In this document: piece after piece, positions 53,639 through 62,974 of the stretch
How positions within the stretch are numbered: the stretch's first letter is position 1
Layout: each line of letters opens with the position of its first letter
NCBI GenBank assembly: GCA_963702475.1
Contig: CAVPCT010000009.1
Coordinates: 224,001-288,000, forward strand
Source of the DNA: an uncultured Thermoleophilia bacterium
GTDB taxonomy: Bacteria; Actinomycetota; Thermoleophilia; UBA2241
Direction of reading: 5' to 3'
DNA length: 64,000 bases
Made by a program: the position numbers and the translations under genes
Notes under the pieces: generated by a model
Told to the model about the DNA's origin: nothing
The model's input: only the letters and a program-made list of their open reading frames with translations
The model's database searches: none

Positions 53639-54501
53639 TCGACAAGCCGGCGGGCGCCACGTCCCACGACGTGGTGGCGCGTGTGCGCCGTCTGCTGCGC
53701 CCCGCCGTCAAGAAGGTCGGCCATGCCGGCACCCTGGACCCGTTCGCCACAGGCCTGCTCGTGGTCCTCGTGGGGCGCGCGACGAAGCTGGCGCGCTTCT
53801 TCGTCGATTTGCCCAAGGAGTACGAGTGCACTGTGCAGTTCGGCGTGCGCTCGGACAGCGGCGACCTCACAGGGCAGCTGGAGGCGACCGGCCGGACCAC
53901 CACACTGGACGCGGTCGAGGCCGTGCTGCCCGCGTTCCTCGGACTCATCATGCAGTCAGTGCCCATGACGTCGGCGGTCAAGGTCGACGGGGAGCGCCTC
54001 TACAAGAAGGCGCACCGCGGTGAGGTCGTGGAGACCCCGGTCAAGGAGGTCGAGATCGAGTCCATCGAGCTGTTGGGGTTCGACGAGACGTCCCAGCAGC
54101 TGCGCTGCCGCATCGCCTGCTCCAAGGGCACGTACGTGCGACAGCTGGCCATCGACATCGGTGAGGCTGTGGGCGCCGGGGCGCACCTGGTGCAGCTGGC
54201 GCGTACGGCCACCGGCGAGCTGCACCTGGACGACGCCCAGACACTCGCCGGGTTCGAGCAGGCGGTCGGCTCACGAGAGCCGGGCGACGAGCACATCCCC
54301 GGCCTTGTGCAGCCGTCGGCCGCGCTGCAGTTCATGCCGGCCATCGAGCTCTCGGCGGCCCAGGTGACCGCCGCTCGCAACGGCGCCCGCCTGCCGGGCG
54401 GCCCGCCGGAGCCCGTGCGCCTCACGTTCCGTGGCGAGCTGGTGGCGATCTACGGCCCTGCGGAAGAGGGGCACTCGCTCAAGCTGCTCGTCAAGCTCTG
54501 A
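53590..54501 (+). CDS. truB: tRNA pseudouridine(55) synthase
   Basis: DKP.G.TSHDVV, GHAGTLDP.ATG and CSKGTYVR motifs; GAGGAGG SD. Confidence 0.95.
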   Translation: MGQFRTRKVPLDGVLLIDKPAGATSHDVVARVRRLLRPAVKKVGHAGTLDPFATGLLVVLVGRATKLARFFVDLPKEYECTVQFGVRSDSGDLTGQLEATGRTTTLDAVEAVLPAFLGLIMQSVPMTSAVKVDGERLYKKAHRGEVVETPVKEVEIESIELLGFDETSQQLRCRIACSKGTYVRQLAIDIGEAVGAGAHLVQLARTATGELHLDDAQTLAGFEQAVGSREPGDEHIPGLVQPSAALQFMPAIELSAAQVTAARNGARLPGGPPEPVRLTFRGELVAIYGPAEEGHSLKLLVKL

Positions 54502-55475
54502 TGCGCGTCCTCCGCGACCTCGCCGAGCTCGAGCCGCGGCCGCGCGCGCTGGCGATCGGCACCTTCGACGGCGTGCACGTCGGCCACCAGGCCGTGATCG
54601 GACGCGCCGTCGAGCTCGGCACGCAGCGCGACCTCCTCACCACCGTCGTCACGTTCGATAGGCACCCGCTGTCCGTCGTGGACCCGGCGCACGTGCCGCG
54701 GCTGCTCACGCCGCTCACCGAGAAGGTGCGCCTCATCGAGGCGCTCGGCCCCCGGGAGCTGGTCCTGCTCCCGTTCGACCTCCGGCTCGCAGCCCTCACC
54801 GCGCAGGAGTTCTGCGGGCAGATCCTCGCCGGCGCCCTGCAGGCGCGAGTGGTCGTCGTGGGCGAGAACTTCAACTTCGGCGCCGGCGGCGCGGGCGACG
54901 CAGCCGTGCTTCGCGCGTGCGGAGCCGCCCGGGGCTTCGAGACGGTGGCCTTGCCTCTCGTCACGGAGCACGGCAAGACGATCAGCTCGACGCGCATCCG
55001 CCGACTGCTGCACGAGGGCGAGCTCGAGGAGGTCCGCGAGATCCTGGGCCGGCCGCCGTCGGCCACCGGCCGTGTGGTGGCCGGTGACCAGCGCGGCCGA
55101 ACCCTCGGCGTACCTACCGCCAACATCGACGTCGAGGCTGGGACCATATTCCCCGGACGCGGCGTGTACGCCACGCGCGTGCACGTGCGCGAACGTTGGT
55201 ACCGCGGCGCCGTGAACATCGGTCACAACCCGACGTTCCGCAGTCGTGAGGAGGAGACCGCCCACGTCACAGTCGAGGCCTTCCTGCTCGACTTCAGCGG
55301 GGACATCTACCATTGCGACATCCGCGTGGACTTCCTTCACCGCATCCGCGAGGAGAGGCGCTTCGCCTCGGTGGACCAGCTCGTGGAGCAGATGCGCAGC
55401 GACATCGCCGTCACGGCCGACCTCGGCGACCCCGCGTTCGCCGAGGTGGGTCTGGCGACGGGCGGCGCGGCCTGA
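54501..55475 (+). CDS. ribF: Bifunctional riboflavin kinase/FAD synthetase
   Basis: GTFDGVH.GH, ISSTRIR, G.PTAN and GVY motifs. Confidence 0.95.
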   Translation: MRVLRDLAELEPRPRALAIGTFDGVHVGHQAVIGRAVELGTQRDLLTTVVTFDRHPLSVVDPAHVPRLLTPLTEKVRLIEALGPRELVLLPFDLRLAALTAQEFCGQILAGALQARVVVVGENFNFGAGGAGDAAVLRACGAARGFETVALPLVTEHGKTISSTRIRRLLHEGELEEVREILGRPPSATGRVVAGDQRGRTLGVPTANIDVEAGTIFPGRGVYATRVHVRERWYRGAVNIGHNPTFRSREEETAHVTVEAFLLDFSGDIYHCDIRVDFLHRIREERRFASVDQLVEQMRSDIAVTADLGDPAFAEVGLATGGAA

Positions 55476-55559
55476 GCGGTCGCCTGCGCGCCCGGCCTGC
55501 GCCTTCGAACGCCGGGCGCGGTGCCGAACGAGCCTACGGTTTCGCCGCGCCCTACCCTG

Positions 55560-55648
55560 TGCTACCCTACCTCGACCGTTTTCTCGGTTGCGGGCGGCCT
55601 ACCCGCTACTGGGTTCCCGGACACCCCTGTGAAGGAGGTGAACACCAC
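55560..55648 (+). promoter_or_regulatory. rpsO promoter (TGn-TACCCT) and structured leader (candidate S15 autoregulatory RNA)
   Basis: tgcTACCCT; internal stem GCGGG...CCCGC; AAGGAGGTGA SD. Confidence 0.45.
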
Positions 55649-55918
55649 ATGGCAATCACCAAAGACGTCAAAGAGACGATCATCGCCAAGCACGCCAAGC
55701 ACGAAGGCGACACCGGCTCCCCCGAGGTACAGATCGCGATCCTGACCGCGCGTATCGAGACCCTCACCGAGCACCTCAAGACGCACAAGAAGGACCACCA
55801 CAGCAGGCGCGGCCTGCTCAAGATGGTCGGTCAGCGCCGGCGCCTGCTCAATTACCTGCAGGCCCGTGACCTGGAGCGCTACCGCGCCCTGGTCAAGGAG
55901 CTCGAGCTCCGCAAGTAG
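55649..55918 (+). CDS. rpsO: 30S ribosomal protein S15
   Basis: [10 protein letters not shown] and [12 protein letters not shown] motifs. Confidence 0.97.
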   Translation: MAITKDVKETIIAKHAKHEGDTGSPEVQIAILTARIETLTEHLKTHKKDHHSRRGLLKMVGQRRRLLNYLQARDLERYRALVKELELRK

Positions 55919-56031
55919 GCAGCACCGATGCGGCGCCCGACGCGCCGTCACCGTCGTCCTCGCGCGCCCGCGCGCGGACGGACAAGTACCCGCGCGCAAT
56001 GGGGCGCCGGGTCCGAAGGTCGAAGGAAGAA

Positions 56032-58128
56032 ATGAACACAGTAGAAGTCGACGTCGCCGGCAAGACGATCACCCTCGAGACCGGCCGCATGGCCAAGCAG
56101 GCAAACGGAGCCGTGCTGGTCCGCTGCGGCGACACCACGGTGCTGGTCACCGCGGTCGGTCGCACCGAGGGCCGCGAGGGGCAGGATTTCTTCCCCCTCA
56201 CGGTCGACGTCGAGGAGCGGCACTACGCCGCGGGCAAGATCCCCGGCGGCTTCATCAAGCGCGAGTCGCGACCCAGCGAGAAGGCCACGCTGGCGGCACG
56301 CCAGATCGACAGGCCCATCCGGCCTCTGTTTCCCAAGGGCTACATGAACGAAGTGCACGTGGTCGCCACCGTGCTGTCCGTGGATCTGGAGAACAGCTAC
56401 GACACGCTGGCCACCATCGGCGCCTCCGCGGCTCTCACGCTGAGTGAGATCCCGTTCAGCGGTCCGGTCGCGTCCGTGCGCGTCGGTCGCATCGAAGACG
56501 AGTTCGTCATCAATCCCACGCTCGTCCAGATCCAGGACGAATCCGAGATGGACCTCGTGGTCACGGGGACCAAGGACGCCATCGTGATGGTGGAGGCCGG
56601 CGCCCAGCAGGTGTCGGAGGACATCGTCGTCGACGCGCTTCGCCTGGCTCACGACGAGATCAAGAGGATCATCGACGTCCAGTTAGAGTTGCAGCGGCTC
56701 GCGGGCAAGCCCAAGTGGGACGTGCCTGAGTGGGTCGTGGACGAGGGCGTCCTCGCCGAGGTCCAGGGCCAGTTCGGCGCCGCGCTCGACGCCGCCACCC
56801 AGGTGCCCGGCAAGATGGAGCGCATGCAGGCCACCGGCGCCGTCAAGGACTCCGTGTACGCGGCGCTCATCGGCGAAGACGCCGATCCCGCGCGCGTCGC
56901 GCAGGTCAAGCGCGCCTTCGCCAAGCTGGAGAAGGACATCATCCGCCGGCGTATCGCCGTGGAGAAGGTGCGTCCCGACGGGCGCGCCACCGACCAGGTC
57001 CGGCCCATCAGCTGTGAGGTCGGCGTGATCCCGCGCGTGCACGGCAGTGCCCTCTTCACGCGCGGCGAGACCCAGGCCCTGAGCCTGCTCACTCTCGGCG
57101 GGACCGGCGAGTTCCAGCGCATCGACGGCCTCGGCATCGAGGACAAGAAGCGCTACATCCACCACTACAACTTCCCGCCCTTCTCGGTGGGTGAGACCGG
57201 CTTCATGCGCGGCCCCAAGCGCCGCGATATCGGCCACGGCGCCCTCGCCGAGCGCGCGCTTCTGCCTGTCCTTCCGGACGAGGTCGCGTTCCCGTACACC
57301 ACACGCATCGTCTCCGAGATCCTCGAGAGCAACGGCTCGTCGTCGATGGCCAGCGTGTGCGGCTCGACCCTGTCGCTCATGGACGCCGGCGTGCAGATCA
57401 AGGCTCCGGTGGCGGGTACGGCCATGGGCCTCATCAAGGAGGGCGACGCCTACACCGTCCTCACCGACATCGCCGGCGTCGAGGACCACCTCGGCGATAT
57501 GGACTTCAAGGTGGCCGGCACGGCCACCGGCATCACGGCGCTGCAGATGGACATCAAGATCAGCGGCGTGACCTTCGAGATCCTCACCGAGGCCCTCGAG
57601 CAGGCCCGCAAGGCTCGCCTGCACATCCTCGGCAAGATGCTCGAGACCATCGCGGAGCCGCGCAGCGAGCTCTCCGAGTGGGCGCCGCGCATCTTCAGCA
57701 TCCAGATCAACCCGGACCAGATCGGGCTCATCATCGGCAAGGGCGGCGAGACCATCCGCGGCATGACCGACGAGTTCGGCGCCGACATCGACATCCAGGA
57801 GGACGGCACGATCTTCATCTGTGCCCCCGATCAGGAGTCGGCGGAGGGAGTCATCAACCGCATCCAGTCGATGACCAAGGAGATCGAGGTCGGTGACGTG
57901 TTCACCGGCCGCGTGGTCAAGACCACCGACTTCGGAGCGTTCGTCGAGCTCAAGAAGGGCACCGACGGCCTGCTCCACATCTCGCGCCTTGCCCCCAAGG
58001 GCGAGCGCGTGAAGTCCGTGGACGATGTGGTCAAGCGCGGTGACTCGGTGACCGTCGAGGTCGTCGAGATCGACAAGGCGCGCAACCGCATCGGGCTCCA
58101 GCTCCTCAAGGGTCCCGGCGACGACTGA
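56032..58128 (+). CDS. pnp: Polyribonucleotide nucleotidyltransferase (PNPase)
   Basis: DFFPLTV, IDRPIRPLFP, ESNGSSSMAS and GDMDFKVAG motifs; KH and S1 domains. Confidence 0.97.
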   Translation: MNTVEVDVAGKTITLETGRMAKQANGAVLVRCGDTTVLVTAVGRTEGREGQDFFPLTVDVEERHYAAGKIPGGFIKRESRPSEKATLAARQIDRPIRPLFPKGYMNEVHVVATVLSVDLENSYDTLATIGASAALTLSEIPFSGPVASVRVGRIEDEFVINPTLVQIQDESEMDLVVTGTKDAIVMVEAGAQQVSEDIVVDALRLAHDEIKRIIDVQLELQRLAGKPKWDVPEWVVDEGVLAEVQGQFGAALDAATQVPGKMERMQATGAVKDSVYAALIGEDADPARVAQVKRAFAKLEKDIIRRRIAVEKVRPDGRATDQVRPISCEVGVIPRVHGSALFTRGETQALSLLTLGGTGEFQRIDGLGIEDKKRYIHHYNFPPFSVGETGFMRGPKRRDIGHGALAERALLPVLPDEVAFPYTTRIVSEILESNGSSSMASVCGSTLSLMDAGVQIKAPVAGTAMGLIKEGDAYTVLTDIAGVEDHLGDMDFKVAGTATGITALQMDIKISGVTFEILTEALEQARKARLHILGKMLETIAEPRSELSEWAPRIFSIQINPDQIGLIIGKGGETIRGMTDEFGADIDIQEDGTIFICAPDQESAEGVINRIQSMTKEIEVGDVFTGRVVKTTDFGAFVELKKGTDGLLHISRLAPKGERVKSVDDVVKRGDSVTVEVVEIDKARNRIGLQLLKGPGDD

Positions 58129-58135
58129 TGACGAG

Positions 58136-59422
58136 ATGAGCGGAGGGACGGGCGCGGTCACGTACCGGTTCTCGACGCTCGACAACGGCCTTCGGGTGGC
58201 CACCGAGCGCATGGACAACGTGCGCTCGGTGGCCCTCGGGCTGTGGATCGCCGCCGGCTCGCGGCAGGAGCCGCGAGAGCTGGGCGGCGTTTCCCACTTC
58301 ATCGAGCACCTCATCTTCAAAGGCTCCGACAGGTACACGGCCTGGGACATCGCCCGCATCTTCGACGACATCGGCGGCGAGCCCAACGCCTCCACATCCA
58401 AGGAGCACACGCTCGTCAACGCGCGCTTTCTCGATGATGACCTCGAAAAGGCGTTCGAGGTCATCGCCGAGATGGTCGCGCGACCGAGCTTCGCGGATCT
58501 CGACCAGGAGCGCGAGGTCGTCCTCGAAGAAGTGGCCATGTACGAGGACTCGCCGCAGGAGCTCATCCACGACGACATGAGCGAGGTCCTCTTCCGTGAC
58601 CACCCGCTCGGACGGCCCATCATCGGTCACGTCGAGAGCCTGGAGCGGCTGGACCTCGACACGGTCCGCGCGTACCACGACGGCCACTACGTGAACCCGG
58701 CCATCGTGGTGTCGGCGGCCGGGCACGCCGAGCACGACCGGCTCTGCGAACTGGCTGCGCGGCACTTTCTCCCGGAGCCCGGCGCCGTGGTGCCCGAGCC
58801 CGAGCTCAGCCAGCCGGGTTTCCGCCACGTGGCCAGCTTCCGGGAGAAGGACACCGAGCAGTACCACGTGTGTCTGGGGGGTCCGGGCCCTCGCCGCGGC
58901 GACCCGGACCGCTACGCCGTGTTCGTCGTCGACACCATCCTGGGGAGCTCGTGGAGCTCGCGCCTCTTCCAGGAGGTGCGCGAGAAGCGCGGTCTCGCCT
59001 ACTCCGTGTACTCGTACGTGTCGTTGTACGCCGATGCGGGGCTCACCGGCATCTACTGCGGCTCTCGAGAGGAGGCCATGGAAGAGGCCATGGACGTCGT
59101 CCTCGGAGTGCTGCACGATTTCGAGGAGGACGTCGCCGACGAGGCCATCCAGCGCGCCAAGAACCACCTCAAGGGCCAGCACGTGCTCAGCATGGAGAGT
59201 CCAGGCGCGCGCATGCAGTCGCAGGGCCGCGCCGTCCTCACCGGCCAACCCGTGCTCACCGTCGACGAGGTCCTCTCGCGGATCGACGCGGTCACGCACG
59301 ACGACGTCATGACCGCGGTGCACCGCTACTACGACCAGCAGAAGTGGTCCACCGTCTGTATCGGCCCGCGGCCGGAGCCGTTCCGGGCCGTCACCGAGGG
59401 CTTCGAGTGGGAGGAGCGATAA
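58136..59422 (+). CDS. M16 (pitrilysin) family zinc peptidase
   Basis: HFIEH inverted zincin motif; SSRLFQEVREKRGLAYSV. Confidence 0.93.
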   Translation: MSGGTGAVTYRFSTLDNGLRVATERMDNVRSVALGLWIAAGSRQEPRELGGVSHFIEHLIFKGSDRYTAWDIARIFDDIGGEPNASTSKEHTLVNARFLDDDLEKAFEVIAEMVARPSFADLDQEREVVLEEVAMYEDSPQELIHDDMSEVLFRDHPLGRPIIGHVESLERLDLDTVRAYHDGHYVNPAIVVSAAGHAEHDRLCELAARHFLPEPGAVVPEPELSQPGFRHVASFREKDTEQYHVCLGGPGPRRGDPDRYAVFVVDTILGSSWSSRLFQEVREKRGLAYSVYSYVSLYADAGLTGIYCGSREEAMEEAMDVVLGVLHDFEEDVADEAIQRAKNHLKGQHVLSMESPGARMQSQGRAVLTGQPVLTVDEVLSRIDAVTHDDVMTAVHRYYDQQKWSTVCIGPRPEPFRAVTEGFEWEER

Positions 59423-59474
59423 GCGGAATGTATCCCCGGTGTCCCCCTTGTGTACGCCGGAAGACAGGGGCGTC

Positions 59475-60233
59475 ATGACCGACGTCCTCGTCACCGGCGC
59501 GGCCGGCAAGATGGGCAGTATCAGCGTCCAGACCATCGCCGCACAGGACGACTTCGAGGTCGTCGCCCTGGTCGACCCCAGGGGTGGCGCCAAAGCCGGG
59601 GGAGAGGCGCCGTGCTTCGCGACCGTCGAGCAGGCCCTCGCCCTCACCTCGCCGCAGGCGGCGCTCGAGTTCAGCGTTCCGGGGGCCGTGTTCGACAACA
59701 CGCGGCGCCTTCTCGAGGCCGGCGTGCCCACCGTGGTGGGGGCCACCGGCCTCAGCGACGTACAGGTCGGCGAGCTCTCGGCCGCTGCCGCGGCCTCCGG
59801 CGTCGGCCTCGTCATCGTCCCGAACTTCGCTCTCGGCGCGGTGCTCCTCATGCGCTTCGCGGCGGAAGCGGCGCGGTATTACGAGCGCGCCGAGATCATC
59901 GAGCTCCACGAGGCCGGCAAGCTGGACGCGCCGTCGGGCACCAGCCTCCGCACCGCGCGTCTCATGGCCGACGCGCAAGGCTCCGCCCTTCAGGATGGCT
60001 CCGGCGACCAGCCGTCGCGCGGCCTCGCGGCCGACCGCGTCCGCATCCACAGCGTGCGTCTGCCGGGCGTCGTCGCGCACCAGGAGGTCCTCTTCGGCGG
60101 CGACGACGAGCTGCTCACCATCCGCCACGACTCGCTCTCACGCCGCTCGTTCATGAGCGGCGTGCTCCTCGCCCTCCGCAAGGTCACGTCGGTGCAAGGG
60201 GCTGTCGTCGGGCTGGAGAACCTCCTAGACTAG
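59475..60233 (+). CDS. dapB: 4-hydroxy-tetrahydrodipicolinate reductase
   Basis: GAAGKMG, PNF..G and E.H...K.DAPSGT motifs. Confidence 0.94.
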   Translation: MTDVLVTGAAGKMGSISVQTIAAQDDFEVVALVDPRGGAKAGGEAPCFATVEQALALTSPQAALEFSVPGAVFDNTRRLLEAGVPTVVGATGLSDVQVGELSAAAAASGVGLVIVPNFALGAVLLMRFAAEAARYYERAEIIELHEAGKLDAPSGTSLRTARLMADAQGSALQDGSGDQPSRGLAADRVRIHSVRLPGVVAHQEVLFGGDDELLTIRHDSLSRRSFMSGVLLALRKVTSVQGAVVGLENLLD

Positions 60234-60354
60234 TGGCCGGAAGCGGCACTGAGCGCGTCGCGGGACGCAGGGCCCAGCGCGAGGCGGACCAGGCGGGCTC
60301 GTCGTCGCGTACCCGGAGCAACCACCAGAGTCGGCAGCAGTAAGGAGACACGCC

Positions 60355-61236
60355 GTGCCACAGAGCCTGGGGACCATCCTCACCGCCATGGTGACGCCGT
60401 TCGACGTCGACCTCGCCGTCGACCATCGCCGCCTCGCGGGGTTGGCGGCGTACCTGCTCGACAACGGCTCCGACGGCCTCGTGGTGGCCGGCACCACCGG
60501 AGAGTCGCCCACTCTCACCGACGCCGAGAAGCTGGCGATGTTCCGCACGGTGGTCGAGGCCGTGGGCGACCGGGCTCCCATCGTGGCCGGCACCGGCAGC
60601 AACGACACGGCTCACTCGGTCGAGCTCACCCGCAACGCGGAGAGCTGCGGCGTCGACGCCGTGCTCGTGGTCACCCCCTACTACAACAAGCCGCCGGAGC
60701 GCGGACTCATCGCGCACTTCCGCGCCGTGGCGGCGGCCACGAGCCTTCCGGTGATCGTCTATAACATCCCCGGACGCTGCGTGGTCAACCTCTCGCCTGA
60801 CACACTCGCCGAGCTGGCCGCGGTGGAGAACATCGTGGCCGTCAAGCAGGCCGACCCCGACATCGAGCACACGCGCCGGCTGCGCGAGCTCTGCGACCTC
60901 CAGGTGTACGCCGGCAACGACGACATGCTGCTCGACGTGCTGGAGCTGGGTGGCGCCGGCGGCATCTGCGTGGCCAGTCATCTGGTGGGCCGTCAGCTCG
61001 CCGAGATGGCCCGGCTCGTCCGCGCCGGCGAGCACGAGAAGGCGCGCGTCCTCGACGGATCCCTGCGGGAGCTGTACCGCGTCCTCTTCATCACCGCCAG
61101 CCCCATCCCCGTGAAGACGGCGTTGAACCTGCTGGGGCAGGAGGTCGGAGACCTTCGCCTGCCCCTCGTCCCGGCCACGGATTCGGAGACGGCGGCGGTG
61201 GCGGCCGAGCTCCGGCGTCTGGACCTGCTTTCGTGA
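60355..61236 (+). CDS. dapA: 4-hydroxy-tetrahydrodipicolinate synthase
   Basis: GTTGES, TPYYNKP, YNIPGR and VKQA motifs. Confidence 0.94.
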   Translation: MPQSLGTILTAMVTPFDVDLAVDHRRLAGLAAYLLDNGSDGLVVAGTTGESPTLTDAEKLAMFRTVVEAVGDRAPIVAGTGSNDTAHSVELTRNAESCGVDAVLVVTPYYNKPPERGLIAHFRAVAAATSLPVIVYNIPGRCVVNLSPDTLAELAAVENIVAVKQADPDIEHTRRLRELCDLQVYAGNDDMLLDVLELGGAGGICVASHLVGRQLAEMARLVRAGEHEKARVLDGSLRELYRVLFITASPIPVKTALNLLGQEVGDLRLPLVPATDSETAAVAAELRRLDLLS

Positions 61237-61269
61237 GCAGGCGCCGCTCGGTGGTAAGGATGGACACGC

Positions 61270-62931
61270 ATGGCTGACACCGTCCGCATCACTCCCCTCG
61301 GCGGGCTGGGCGAGATCGGCAAGAACATGACCGCCTTCGAGCACCGTGGCAAGATCGTCGTCGTCGACTGCGGGGTCGAGTTCCCGCGCGACGAGATGCT
61401 CGGCATCGACCTCGTGCTTCCCGACATCACCTGGTTGCTCGAACGCCGAGACGACGTGCTGGGTTTTGTGATCACCCACGGGCACGAGGATCACATCGGA
61501 GCGCTCCCCTTCGTGCTCCGCCAGCTGAACGTGCCCGTGTACGCGAGCCGCTTCACGCTTGCGCTCATCAAGTCGAAGCTGGACGAGCACGGGCTGCTGC
61601 GTACGGCGGACGTCAACGAGGTGAGCGAGCGGTCGCGGGTGGCGCTCGGGCCCTTCGACATCTCGTTCGTGGCCGCAAGCCACAGCGTTCCGGACGCGCT
61701 CTCCATCGTGCTCGGCACGAGCCTCGGCCGCGTGGTCGTCACTGGTGACTACAAGTTCGACCACACGCCCATCGATGGGCGCATCACCGACGTCAACACG
61801 TTCGCGCGGCTGGGCCAGGAGGGTGTCCTGGCGCTCCTGGCCGACTCCACCAACGCCGAGACCGCGGGTTCCACGCCGTCAGAGGCCATCGTCGGTCAGG
61901 CCTTCCACCAGATCTTCGCCGAAGCCGAAGGACGGGTCATCGTCGCCTGCTTCGCCTCGCACGTGCACCGGGTCCAGCAGGCCATCCAGATCGGCCACCT
62001 GCACGGACGCAGGTTCGCGGTGTCCGGCCGGTCGATGCAGAAGAACGTCAACATCGCCAAGAGCCTCGGGCTCCTGCAGATCCCCGAAGGCGCCATGATC
62101 AAGCTCACCGAGATCGACGCCTACCGGCCGGAGGAGATCCTCGTGCTCGCCACCGGCAGTCAGGGCGAACCCCTCTCGGCGCTCACCCGCATGGCCTTCG
62201 ACGACCACCCGCAGGTGGCCCTGCACGAGGGCGACACGGTCGTCATCTCGGCCACCCCCATCCCCGGCAACGAAGTGAGCGTGATGACCACCGTCAACCG
62301 CCTGCTCAAGGTCGGCGCCACGGTCATCTACGGCCGGGAGAGCGGCGTTCACGTGTCTGGCCACGCCGCCCAGGAAGACATGCGCATGATGCTCAACCTC
62401 GTGCGGCCGCAGTACTTCGTGCCCGTCCACGGAGAGTACCGGCACCAGCACATCCACGCAGGGCTGGCCCGGCAGGCAGGACTGGGCGACGAGCAGATCT
62501 TCATCCTCGAGAACGGCGACGTGCTCGAGATAGAGGAGGACAACGCCGAGATCGTCGACAAGGTGCCCACGGGCATGGTCTTCGTCGACGGGTACGAGAT
62601 CGGCGAGGCCGGAGGGCTGGTGCTGCGCGACCGCCAGCAGCTCGCCGGCGACGGCATCCTCATCGCCGTCGTCACCATCGATGCCCAGTCGGGCGACACG
62701 GTGGCGGCGCCCGAGCTCGTGGGGCGCGGGTTCCTTCACGACGACGAGCGGCTCAAAGACGTCCTCGAAGAGTGCACCACCACGCTCGACGACCTCATGG
62801 AGGAGCTGGGTCAGGTGCACGTCACGGGCCAGCGCCTCATCAAGGAAGACATCAAGGAGAAGCTCTCCGAGCTGGTGTATGCGCGCACCCGGCGCCGCCC
62901 GCTCATCCTGCCGGTCGTGGTCGAAGTCTGA
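61270..62931 (+). CDS. rnj: Ribonuclease J
   Basis: GGLGEIGKN, THGHEDHIG, HVSGHA and PVHGE motifs. Confidence 0.96.
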   Translation: MADTVRITPLGGLGEIGKNMTAFEHRGKIVVVDCGVEFPRDEMLGIDLVLPDITWLLERRDDVLGFVITHGHEDHIGALPFVLRQLNVPVYASRFTLALIKSKLDEHGLLRTADVNEVSERSRVALGPFDISFVAASHSVPDALSIVLGTSLGRVVVTGDYKFDHTPIDGRITDVNTFARLGQEGVLALLADSTNAETAGSTPSEAIVGQAFHQIFAEAEGRVIVACFASHVHRVQQAIQIGHLHGRRFAVSGRSMQKNVNIAKSLGLLQIPEGAMIKLTEIDAYRPEEILVLATGSQGEPLSALTRMAFDDHPQVALHEGDTVVISATPIPGNEVSVMTTVNRLLKVGATVIYGRESGVHVSGHAAQEDMRMMLNLVRPQYFVPVHGEYRHQHIHAGLARQAGLGDEQIFILENGDVLEIEEDNAEIVDKVPTGMVFVDGYEIGEAGGLVLRDRQQLAGDGILIAVVTIDAQSGDTVAAPELVGRGFLHDDERLKDVLEECTTTLDDLMEELGQVHVTGQRLIKEDIKEKLSELVYARTRRRPLILPVVVEV

Positions 62932-62974
62932 CGCGCGCCTAGGGAATGGCGCGCGCGCGTTGAATAGACGACGC

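Noticed and set aside
60234-60354. Lysine riboswitch upstream of dapA
   Set aside because: Spacer is only about 120 nt and shows no recognisable lysine-riboswitch core or terminator
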